Origin: Vibrio alginolyticus NBRC 15630 = ATCC 17749
Lineage (GTDB): Bacteria > Pseudomonadota > Gammaproteobacteria > Enterobacterales > Vibrionaceae
Reading direction: 5' to 3'
NCBI RefSeq assembly: GCF_000354175.2
Contig: NC_022359.1
Coordinates: 390,001-422,000 of the forward strand
DNA: 32,000 bases
The notes under the pieces are model-generated. The model had not been told where the DNA came from, ran no database searches, and was given only the letters and a program-made list of their open reading frames with translations. Of this stretch, positions 24,809-32,000 are shown piece by piece. Numbering within the stretch: the first letter of the stretch is position 1; the number at the start of each line of letters is the position of its first letter. The position numbers and the translations under genes were made by a program.

Positions 24809-25519
24809 GTGAGTCTAATTCCAAGAACGGAAAGAGCGGCATTTTTAATTCGGCCAACATCATACGGTCAATCCGTGCTTGGTGCGCCATTACTGTATTT
24901 TCCGGCTCAAGTCGAAAGTGCTTTGCGAGGTTTGATTTTGGCAGGCACTCACGGGGACGAGACGGCCTCGATTGCAGGTTTGTCCTGCGCGCTAAGAAGC
25001 TTGCCTGCTGAAAACTTACGACATGATGTGATTCTGTCAATGAATCCTGACGGCAACCAACTAGGCACACGCGCAAATGCAAACCAAGTGGATCTCAATC
25101 GCGCGTTTCCAACCCAAAATTGGACTGAGCATGGCACAGTGTATCGATGGAGCTCTCACACACCCGTTCGAGACGTACAGGTGAAAACTGGCACTAAAAA
25201 CCAACTAGAGCCTGAAGTTAGCGCATTAATTAACTTGATTGAACTGCGCAAGCCAAAGTTTGTGGTGTCGTTTCATGAACCGCTTGCTTTTGTGGATGAT
25301 CCCAAACATTCCGACCTTGCCAAATGGCTCGGCGAGCAGTTCCAACTGCCAATCGTTGACGATGTCGACTACGAAACACCCGGCTCATTCGGCACTTGGT
25401 GTAGTGAACGTGATTTACCTTGCATCACGTTGGAATTACCCGCGATTTCTGCCGATCTCACCATTGAAAAACATCTCTCTGCTTTTATTGCTTTGCTGAG
25501 GCACGATCCGGATCTCTAG
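24809..25519 (+). CDS. mpaA: Murein tripeptide amidase A (gamma-D-Glu-meso-Dap amidase, M14 zinc peptidase)
   Basis: 236 aa with a GTG start and an AGGAG SD 6 nt upstream. The zinc ligands HGDE (HxxE) and the later FHEP histidine are present, as is the NPDG / DLNRAF M14 core. Confidence 0.88.
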   Translation: MSLIPRTERAAFLIRPTSYGQSVLGAPLLYFPAQVESALRGLILAGTHGDETASIAGLSCALRSLPAENLRHDVILSMNPDGNQLGTRANANQVDLNRAFPTQNWTEHGTVYRWSSHTPVRDVQVKTGTKNQLEPEVSALINLIELRKPKFVVSFHEPLAFVDDPKHSDLAKWLGEQFQLPIVDDVDYETPGSFGTWCSERDLPCITLELPAISADLTIEKHLSAFIALLRHDPDL

Positions 25520-25538
25520 TCCGCTGTTGGTTAAGCGA

Positions 25539-26390
25539 TCATGTGAGGATCTGTTTGATGTCGGTACTGATATCGCTGATCAACTGACGGGCACTGTCGT
25601 CTCTTTGCTGAACCAAGATGATAAACAGCAAATCGGTGATCACGTTTTGCGCGGTACGCGAAGCAATGGATGAGCTGCGATGTTCCGTTTCATTGGCAAT
25701 CGTATCAAACGTAATATCGGCAATACCGCGCAAGCGACTTCTCCCAGGAGCAGATAACGCAATCACCTTCGCGCCCTGCTCTTTTGCCGCTTCTGCCGCG
25801 ACGAGAATTTCTTTGCGTTCGCCCGAATACGAAATCGCAATCTGCACATCTTCTGAAGAGAGGGTACGAGCAACAGCAATCTGCACGTGGCTGTCTTGTT
25901 CGGAAAGCGCCGTAATACCGAGTTTAAGCAGTTTAAAGCTTAAATCCTTCGCGGTCAGGGCTGAGCCCCCAATCCCGACCACTTGCACTCGACGCGCTTC
26001 GCTCAACCATTTCACCGCTTGGTGACACGCTTCATAAGACAGCGCATTGGTGGTTTGAAACATAGCATCTGTTTTTGCTTTCACCAGTTTCTGTGAAATA
26101 ACCGCGATGGGATCATCTGCCAAAATATCACTGTGCAACGGTGTCGACTGCATCGCATGCTTACGGCCAATCTCTTCATTCAGAGCTAACTTAAACTCGC
26201 TGTAGCCTTTAAAGCCAATACGCTGAGTAAATTTCACAATGCTCGATTGACTCACTTTTACTTGCGCCGCAAGTTCTTGGCTAGTGAGCAGCGCCGCCTT
26301 TTCTGCGTTTTCAACAATCCAATCGCCGACCAAACGACCACTTTGCGAAAGCTGAGTACGCCTCGCGACTATCTTATTGACAACTGACAC
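25539..26390 (-). CDS. murR: MurR/RpiR-family transcriptional regulator (HTH_6 plus SIS domain)
   Basis: The HTH is SQELAAQVKVSQSSIVKFTQRIGFKGYSEFK. The SIS domain contains VQVVGIGGSALTAKDLSFKL. The ORF-track start at 26432 reads through AT-rich promoter DNA. GTG 26390 has GAGG 8 nt upstream and gives MSVVNKIVARR. The gene is divergent from murQP. Confidence 0.88.
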   Translation of the reverse strand: MSVVNKIVARRTQLSQSGRLVGDWIVENAEKAALLTSQELAAQVKVSQSSIVKFTQRIGFKGYSEFKLALNEEIGRKHAMQSTPLHSDILADDPIAVISQKLVKAKTDAMFQTTNALSYEACHQAVKWLSEARRVQVVGIGGSALTAKDLSFKLLKLGITALSEQDSHVQIAVARTLSSEDVQIAISYSGERKEILVAAEAAKEQGAKVIALSAPGRSRLRGIADITFDTIANETEHRSSSIASRTAQNVITDLLFIILVQQRDDSARQLISDISTDIKQILT

Positions 26391-26433
26391 AACAAAAACC
26401 TCAAAAAATTTAAATAATTTATTCCAAAACAAA

Positions 26434-26467
26434 AATAATTGGAGTTTGATTTAACTCCATGATTATT
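26434..26467. promoter_or_regulatory. Inverted repeat in the murR-murQ intergenic region; candidate MurR operator
   Basis: AATAATTGGAGTT-TGATTT-AACTCCATGATTATT. The core GGAGTT/AACTCC (26441-26446 / 26453-26458) is perfect. The outer arms match apart from a 2-nt insertion. Confidence 0.45.
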
Positions 26468-26554
26468 CTAACCAAGCCAGTTTATATCGGATGTAATAGA
26501 CATATATTTTCTCTCATTATTCCAAATTTCTCCTGCACAAAGAATAACCTCAAG

Positions 26555-26570
26555 TGTGATTTTTATCACC
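26555..26570. promoter_or_regulatory. CRP (cAMP receptor protein) binding site upstream of murQ
   Basis: TGTGA-TTTTTA-TCACC compared with the consensus TGTGA-N6-TCACA (9 of 10 positions). Its centre is ~70 bp upstream of the murQ ATG. E. coli murQP is known to be cAMP-CRP dependent. Confidence 0.6.
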
Positions 26571-26632
26571 AAAACAGAATATTTTATTCCATAGAATCGC
26601 CCTCAGATTGAACATTACGAAGAGTGTAAAAC

Positions 26633-27535
26633 ATGAAAATTGATTTAAGCCGATTGGTGACAGAAAGCCGTAATCCAGTCAGTGCAGAGATTGATACGCT
26701 TTCGACCATCGAGATGCTGCAAGTCATTAATGAAGAGGATCAAAAAGTCGCGCTCGCGGTCAAAGCAGTGCTACCACAAATTGCAAAGACGGTTGATGCA
26801 ATTACTGCAGCGTTCGCCAATGGTGGCCGTTTGGTTTACATGGGAGCAGGCACATCAGGCCGCTTAGGAATTCTTGATGCGAGCGAGTGTCCTCCTACCT
26901 ACGGCACGCATCCAGATATGGTGATTGGCTTAATTGCTGGTGGACATCAAGCGATTTTAAAAGCGGTAGAAAACGCAGAAGACAACGCGAAAATGGGTCA
27001 AGACGACTTAAAAGCACTTCACCTCACCAAGCATGACGTGGTTGTAGGCATTGCAGCGAGTGGCCGTACACCTTATGTACTAGGTGGTTTGGAGTACGCT
27101 AAATCCATCGGAGCCACGACCGCATCTATCGCTTGTAATCCAGAATGTGCCATGGCAGAAGCGGCCGACATCGCGATTCTGCCGATAGTTGGCGCAGAGG
27201 TTGTCACTGGATCTTCTCGCATGAAAGCTGGCACCGCACAAAAACTGGTGCTAAACATGCTCACGACAGGCGCAATGATTCGTAGCGGTAAGGTATTTGG
27301 CAACTTAATGGTGGATGTAGAAGCCACTAACGCCAAGCTCATACAACGCCAAACCAACATTGTTGTGGAAGCAACCGACGCATCAAAAGAAGAAGCAGAG
27401 CGAGCATTAAATGCCTGCGGTCGCCACTGCAAAACCGCCATCTTAATGATTTTGGCCGATTTGGATGCCGAACAAGCCAAATCACGCCTCGCCGCGCACA
27501 ACGGCTTTATTCGCGCAGCACTAAATAATAACTAA
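26633..27535 (+). CDS. murQ: N-acetylmuramic acid 6-phosphate etherase
   Basis: 300 aa and near-colinear with E. coli MurQ as I recall it. Shared blocks are [52 protein letters not shown] and [11 protein letters not shown]. Confidence 0.95.
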   Translation: MKIDLSRLVTESRNPVSAEIDTLSTIEMLQVINEEDQKVALAVKAVLPQIAKTVDAITAAFANGGRLVYMGAGTSGRLGILDASECPPTYGTHPDMVIGLIAGGHQAILKAVENAEDNAKMGQDDLKALHLTKHDVVVGIAASGRTPYVLGGLEYAKSIGATTASIACNPECAMAEAADIAILPIVGAEVVTGSSRMKAGTAQKLVLNMLTTGAMIRSGKVFGNLMVDVEATNAKLIQRQTNIVVEATDASKEEAERALNACGRHCKTAILMILADLDAEQAKSRLAAHNGFIRAALNNN

Positions 27536-27563
27536 ATAATCCGAGTTCTGAAGGATAGACCCT

Positions 27564-29018
27564 ATGGCAAAAATAACTTCAAACACAGTATCGCAGTTGC
27601 TGTCCGCAGTGGGTGGCAGTAGCAACGTAAGCAAATGTGGTAACTGTATGACGCGTTTGCGTTTATCGCTCGCCAACAATGGCTTGGCTGATCAATCAGT
27701 TATCAAGCAAATTCCCGGCGTAATGGGTGTGGTGGAAAGCGATGAGCAGTTTCAGATCATTCTCGGTCCCGGAAAAGCTCAACAAGCGGCTGAGATGATG
27801 AATCAATTGATCTACAGCTTAACCTCTGGTGACAGTGAAGAAGCAGATATGCCGCAACAAGATCTTTCTGCCGTCGCAGCCGAGCAGAAAAAACAGATGA
27901 AGAGTAAGCAAACCAGTGCGGTTCAGCGTTTTTTAAGCAAGTTTGCTACCATCTTTACGCCGTTGATCCCTGGTTTTATTGCCGCTGGTTTGTTGCTAGG
28001 TTTTGCGACGTTATTGGAACAGATGTTTGTTCTCGACCAGACACCAAGCCAGTTTATGCTGGATTTGATCGCCTACATGAAAGTCTTTGGTAAGGGTCTG
28101 TTTGCTTTCTTAAGTATTCTGATTGGTTACAACGCGCAGCAAGCGTTTGGCGGCTCTGGTGTTAATGGTGCCATTCTCGCCTCTTTGTTTGTGCTGGGTT
28201 ACAACCCAGAGGCTACATCCGGTATTTACTCTGGCATGAACGAGTTTTTCGGCTTTGCGATTGATCCGCGCGGCAACATTATCGGCGTACTTTTGGCGGC
28301 GATCATCGGTGCGCAAGTCGAGCGTAAGGTTCGTCAATACATGCCAGATGATCTGGACATGATCTTAACGTCCGTTATCACTCTGTTGATCATGGGTGCG
28401 GTAACCTTCTTGATCATCATGCCAATCGGCGGCGAGCTGTTTAAAGGGATGTCTTGGTTGTTCCTCAACTTGAACGATAACCCATTAGGCGCTGCGATCT
28501 TGGCAGGTTTGTTCTTAATTTCTGTGGTATTTGGCATCCACCAGGGTTTTGTTCCAGTGTACTTCGCATTGATGGAAGCACAGGGCTTTAACTCGCTATT
28601 CCCTATCCTGGCGATGGCTGGTGGCGGTCAGGTTGGCGCGTCAATGGCGCTGTATTTCAAAGCCAAAAAAGACGCTCTACTGCGCACTCAAGTTAAAGGC
28701 GCTATTATTCCTGGCCTTCTAGGCATTGGCGAACCATTGATTTACGGCGTGACATTACCACGCGTAAAACCATTCGTTACCGCTTGTATTGGCGGCGCTG
28801 CGGGCGGCTTCTTTATCGGTTTAGTTTCTTACCTTGGCTTACCAGTTGGTCTTAATACGGTGTTTGGCCCGTCCGGTATCGTGGCGATTCCTCTCATGAC
28901 ATCAGAAAATGGCATCTTCCCGGGAATGATGGTGTTTGTTGCTGGCCTGCTTATCTCTTACATCGTCGGCTTCCTCGCGACTTACTTCTTTGGCTGCAAA
29001 GACGTCGATTTAAGCTAA
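27564..29018 (+). CDS. murP: PTS N-acetylmuramic acid-specific EIIBC component
   Basis: 484 aa. The EIIB domain has the phospho-Cys motif [13 protein letters not shown]-rich linker follows, then an EIIC domain of ~10 TM helices with GIHQGFVP. It sits directly downstream of murQ. Confidence 0.92.
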   Translation: MAKITSNTVSQLLSAVGGSSNVSKCGNCMTRLRLSLANNGLADQSVIKQIPGVMGVVESDEQFQIILGPGKAQQAAEMMNQLIYSLTSGDSEEADMPQQDLSAVAAEQKKQMKSKQTSAVQRFLSKFATIFTPLIPGFIAAGLLLGFATLLEQMFVLDQTPSQFMLDLIAYMKVFGKGLFAFLSILIGYNAQQAFGGSGVNGAILASLFVLGYNPEATSGIYSGMNEFFGFAIDPRGNIIGVLLAAIIGAQVERKVRQYMPDDLDMILTSVITLLIMGAVTFLIIMPIGGELFKGMSWLFLNLNDNPLGAAILAGLFLISVVFGIHQGFVPVYFALMEAQGFNSLFPILAMAGGGQVGASMALYFKAKKDALLRTQVKGAIIPGLLGIGEPLIYGVTLPRVKPFVTACIGGAAGGFFIGLVSYLGLPVGLNTVFGPSGIVAIPLMTSENGIFPGMMVFVAGLLISYIVGFLATYFFGCKDVDLS

Positions 29019-29050
29019 ATCATTCTTCCCCTATAGGAATGGACTAGCTC

Positions 29051-29073
29051 GCGCCCTTGGCAAACAAGGGCGC
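29051..29073 (+). terminator. GC-rich hairpin after murP (weak terminator or RNA-stabilising element; no U-tract)
   Basis: Perfect 9-bp stem GCGCCCTTG (29051-29059) / CAAGGGCGC (29065-29073) with loop GCAAA, followed by ACCCTCTCTC rather than a T-run. Confidence 0.4.
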
Positions 29074-29166
29074 ACCCTCTCTCTACTTCACGATAATTTT
29101 TCTTATTCCGTTACTCGGAAGGGGCTTTGTCGTACCTAAAACAATAGAAATGAAAGGTCGTTAATC

Positions 29167-30222
29167 ATGAAAAAGCACATTTTGACTCTACTTCTCCCTA
29201 CATTGATGGCATCAAACGCAATGGCAGCGCAGCTGTATCAAGCGGAAGATGGGTCAGTTTTAAATATTTACTCTCGTCTTGGTTTCAATGTCACCAGTAA
29301 AAATAACGAGCACGGCGATGCAAATGGCGAGTTTGATGGCCGTATTGGTTTAAACGGTTCACAAACCATCAACGAGTACGCGTCGATCATCGGCCAAGCG
29401 CAATACCAAGTGGGTGCCGCTGAATACGCAAACCAAGTAAACGACAAACCGTCTCTGACCGCACGTTATGTATGGGCGGGTATTGATGCGAAAGATTATG
29501 GTCGCATTACTGGTGGTCGCGTGGCATCTGGGTTGATTATGTTTACCGACATTGGTGATGTGTTCGCCTCTTCCGATGTTTCTATGGCGCGCCAAGCGAA
29601 TAAAGTCGACAAAACCGCAACGCAAGTTTTCCGTCAAGATGGCACGCTGCAATACCAAAACAGCCTAGGTAATGTCGATTTTTCTGTCGCGTACATTTTA
29701 GGAAACAACACTTCTGAGCTCGACTACGGTTACAACGCTGCACTGCGTTATACGCTAGACATGGGGAATTTGGGTACCTTGGCACCAGTGATAGCGATGC
29801 AGAAGAATAAAGGTGATGCACGTGAAAGCAACGACACCGATTACACATTCTGGGGTGCAGGTACGCGTTACTACCTAGGTGATTTGATGTTGGGTGCGTT
29901 GTACTCGGAAGATGAACTAGAGGGCTATTACTCACAAACCAGTACCGACAAAGTGATGGAACTAACGGCGGTTTACAGTGTAAATGACAAATGGGCACTG
30001 CGTGCTGGTTATCGTTCTTTAGAAAATAGTGATGGTGACGAGCTAGAGCTGAAAGATACAACGCTAGAAGTGCAATACAAACTGACGCCTCGTTCTTCTA
30101 TCTACACAAACTACGTTGATCGTAACGGCTCGCGTGGCTACAGCAATGGACAAGAAGTCTCGTTTGGCGGTGCACACGCAGACGAAAGCTACTACCACTT
30201 AGGTCTCCGTTACGAGCTGTAA
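29167..30222 (+). CDS. Outer-membrane general-porin-family beta-barrel protein
   Basis: 351 aa with a signal peptide ending in AMAA. The mature N-terminus is QLYQAEDGSVLNIYSRLGF. Amphipathic beta-strands alternate, rich in Y/G/D/N, and the C-terminal strand is YYHLGLRYEL. Confidence 0.85.
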   Translation: MKKHILTLLLPTLMASNAMAAQLYQAEDGSVLNIYSRLGFNVTSKNNEHGDANGEFDGRIGLNGSQTINEYASIIGQAQYQVGAAEYANQVNDKPSLTARYVWAGIDAKDYGRITGGRVASGLIMFTDIGDVFASSDVSMARQANKVDKTATQVFRQDGTLQYQNSLGNVDFSVAYILGNNTSELDYGYNAALRYTLDMGNLGTLAPVIAMQKNKGDARESNDTDYTFWGAGTRYYLGDLMLGALYSEDELEGYYSQTSTDKVMELTAVYSVNDKWALRAGYRSLENSDGDELELKDTTLEVQYKLTPRSSIYTNYVDRNGSRGYSNGQEVSFGGAHADESYYHLGLRYEL

Positions 30223-30311
30223 GCACGATACTTAATGTAAGTTAGCTGAATCCATGAGCTTCTTCTATGTCCGGTCAGTAGTTATTGCCTTTAATGCTGA
30301 TTTGAAGAAGC

Positions 30312-30977
30312 TCACCCTCGCAATATGTTTTCTTCGTTACCTGTTTTAACCAACACGCCTGCATCAGGGAGGCTGGTGACAGTAGCTAACAATTTTCCAT
30401 CAACAAAGTGCAATGCCGCATAATCGTGAATGCCATAACAAGTGATGCTCGGTTGAGAACGAGCAAAGGCTTGGAAAACCTCGAACTTCTCACCTACATG
30501 AGAAAAATGTGCCGCAGCCAAACCGTCAATAAATCCAAGACAACGCATAACTTGGTATGCTTCGGGATCACTGTCTGTCACCGCAAACTCAAACCAACAA
30601 ATTGCACCTGCGCTCATGCCACAAATGATGATGCCTTGTTCATAACACTGCTTGAGTATTCTATCGATTCCCCATTCGCGCCAAATGGCCAACATCGAAC
30701 GCGTATTACCGCCACCTACGTAAATGATGTCTTGTTCAAATAGCGTTTCTTTCCAACCAGCTTCAAACTTAAACAGCGGAAAATGGGTCACGTTTTCACT
30801 AAGCTTCGCATCGTAAAAACGTTCAATCACTTCATCAGCATCTCCCGTGGCTGTAGGTATAAAACAAATGTTTGGATTCTCCTTACAAGACAAAGACAAA
30901 ATGTATTGATCGAGCGGGCTCGGATTCTCTCCCATCATCCAGCCCCCACCGCCAATCGCAATACAGTGTTTTCGCAT
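30312..30977 (-). CDS. Peptidase S51 family (peptidase E / cyanophycinase-like, class I glutamine amidotransferase-like fold)
   Basis: 221 aa. The N-terminal IAIGGGG motif, YVGGGNT and the nucleophile-elbow GMSAGA are characteristic of S51 serine peptidases. Confidence 0.75.
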   Translation of the reverse strand: MRKHCIAIGGGGWMMGENPSPLDQYILSLSCKENPNICFIPTATGDADEVIERFYDAKLSENVTHFPLFKFEAGWKETLFEQDIIYVGGGNTRSMLAIWREWGIDRILKQCYEQGIIICGMSAGAICWFEFAVTDSDPEAYQVMRCLGFIDGLAAAHFSHVGEKFEVFQAFARSQPSITCYGIHDYAALHFVDGKLLATVTSLPDAGVLVKTGNEENILRG

Positions 30978-31014
30978 TCCTTTGCTTCCTCAATTGTTGC
31001 TAAGTTTGTTGTCG

Positions 31015-31926
31015 CTATTCGCCGACAGAATATATGTTCCTAAAGTGTTCGATGAACGCTCGCGTTCTTCTTGGTAAGTGCTCACGTTTTGGGTAAAGCA
31101 GATAAAGCGGCAAAATCGCATCCGTTTGCCATTCTGGCAGCAAACTCACGAGTTGTTCTTTTTGTGCAGGGTCGAGTTTAGCCAGTGCAAATTCATCTAA
31201 CATGGCTACACCACAGCCAGTCAAAGTAGCATCCAACATGGACTGGACAAGATTAAAACTCAGCGTACTTTCTAACTCAATGCTGCACTGCTGTTGAGTT
31301 TGCTTATGCGTAAACGTCCACTTGTCTAACACCAAGTCACGACTTTTATAAAGGATGTGCTCTAAGTCACCAAGCTCCTCTGGCGTACTTACATTTGGTT
31401 TATCAGCTAAATACGAGCGATGAGCGATCGGTTTACAGTGTAAAGTGCGTAGCTGATGGCCGACGTATCCCTCTGGAGGAGTATCGGTAAAGTAGAATGC
31501 GATATCAAACCCAGCCTCAATCAAGTCGAGAGGCGTCTCTGTGAAGATCACTTCGACGCTCACTTGTGGATGTTGCAATCGAAACTCGATCAATGTTTGG
31601 CTGAGTAACGCAGATCCGAAAGAAGCGGACGCCGCTATTCTCAATTTTCCCGATACGATCTCGTTTGCCATGACTTGCTCATTGATCTGCTCAGCGCCTT
31701 CGAGCAGTTGCTTTACCTGCTGATAAAACCGCAAACCATCGTAGGTCAAATTAAACTGGCGCGTAGTTCGCTGAATAAGCTGCACCGACAATATGTCTTC
31801 AAGCTGTTTAAGTTGCCGACTTACATGCGCATTCGAACAATTCAGTCGCTTTGCTGCACCAGCAATACTCCGTTCCTCACACAAAGCGACGTAAAGTGGT
31901 ACGTAGCTGAGCCATTTTATTTCCAT
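31015..31926 (-). CDS. LysR-family transcriptional regulator
   Basis: The N-terminal wHTH is LYVALCEERSIAGAAKRLNCSNAHVSRQLKQLE, and a LysR substrate-binding domain follows. ATG 31926 (MEIKWLSY) fits the family N-terminal spacing better than the ORF-track start at 31953. Confidence 0.88.
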   Translation of the reverse strand: MEIKWLSYVPLYVALCEERSIAGAAKRLNCSNAHVSRQLKQLEDILSVQLIQRTTRQFNLTYDGLRFYQQVKQLLEGAEQINEQVMANEIVSGKLRIAASASFGSALLSQTLIEFRLQHPQVSVEVIFTETPLDLIEAGFDIAFYFTDTPPEGYVGHQLRTLHCKPIAHRSYLADKPNVSTPEELGDLEHILYKSRDLVLDKWTFTHKQTQQQCSIELESTLSFNLVQSMLDATLTGCGVAMLDEFALAKLDPAQKEQLVSLLPEWQTDAILPLYLLYPKREHLPRRTRAFIEHFRNIYSVGE

Positions 31927-32000
31927 ACAGTAATTCTGAATCTCTAAAATCAAACTACTGGAAATAATAGAAAGCCTCTAAACTCTGTACAACCTAAATT

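Noticed and set aside
26391-26432. ATG 26432 as the murR start (MFWNKLFKFFEVFVVS...)
   Set aside because: The extension is translated from AT-rich promoter DNA containing a repeat motif and has no SD. GTG 26390 has GAGG at -8 and matches MurR-family N-terminal spacing.
29019-29166. Riboswitch (e.g. c-di-GMP GEMM) or other cis-regulatory RNA in the murP-porin gap, the 8970-9378 vqmA leader, or the 20437-20929 gap
   Set aside because: I found no match to the conserved GEMM-I core motifs or to other riboswitch signatures I can recognise by eye. Only generic hairpins are present.
29167-30222. The porin ends in Leu (…LRYEL) rather than the usual aromatic residue of the OMP beta-signal
   Set aside because: The beta-signal tolerates hydrophobic terminal residues, and the penultimate pattern (Y-x-L with alternating hydrophobics) is intact. 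This is not a meaningful anomaly.
30256-30313. 10-bp inverted repeat GAGCTTCTTC / GAAGAAGCTC between the porin gene and the S51 peptidase gene
   Set aside because: The 38-nt loop and the absence of U-tracts make a poor intrinsic terminator. The right arm overlaps the peptidase stop codon. It may help 3'-end formation of the convergent genes, but the evidence is insufficient.
1-32000. Mobile elements, prophage or defence islands, CRISPR arrays, tRNA/rRNA genes
   Set aside because: I noticed no transposase, integrase or recombinase-like ORFs, no terminal inverted repeats flanking a cassette, no regularly spaced direct repeats and no tRNA-like cloverleaf candidates. Apart from the small AT-rich islet at 21.6-22.2 kb, the window reads as ordinary core genome.

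Overview
All homology calls below come from reading motifs by eye; no searches were run. The window looks like a Vibrionaceae core-genome segment with chromosome-II-like content. I saw no rRNA, tRNA, CRISPR array, IS element or integrase.

Gene order, left to right:
- a truncated CDS and a small 2-TM protein
- an RRM RNA-binding protein and a GNAT acetyltransferase
- the proline-utilisation block: putP, a stand-alone PutA C-terminal-domain gene, and putA (all minus strand), plus an AraC-family regulator
- a ~960-bp ORF-free gap, which I read as a VqmR-type sRNA gene (VqmA-box promoter plus strong terminator), followed by the PAS-LuxR receptor gene vqmA
- pdxH
- a DctB-type sensor kinase and an NtrC-family response regulator with a degenerate AAA+ core
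- lapC-lapG-lapD-lapB, a c-di-GMP-gated type I secretion and adhesin-release module
- a short MscS-like channel
- an AT-rich pair of small membrane ORFs
- a flavodoxin-like quinone reductase behind a SoxR-box promoter
- a peptidoglycan-recycling supercluster: mppA, mpaA, murR, murQ-murP and a porin
- an S51 peptidase and a LysR regulator

Most noteworthy:
1. PutA is split, with its C-terminal domain encoded as a separate, translationally coupled gene.
2. A receiver/HTH regulator with an apparently ATPase-dead, GAFTGA-less sigma54 module sits directly upstream of the lap operon with no terminator between them.
3. The sRNA locus is invisible in the ORF track.
4. A near-consensus SoxR box lies upstream of the quinone reductase gene.
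5. A porin is linked to MurNAc and muropeptide uptake genes.

Nothing here is a clearly novel multi-gene system such as a defence island. About 45 nested or antisense ORFs in the track are judged spurious.
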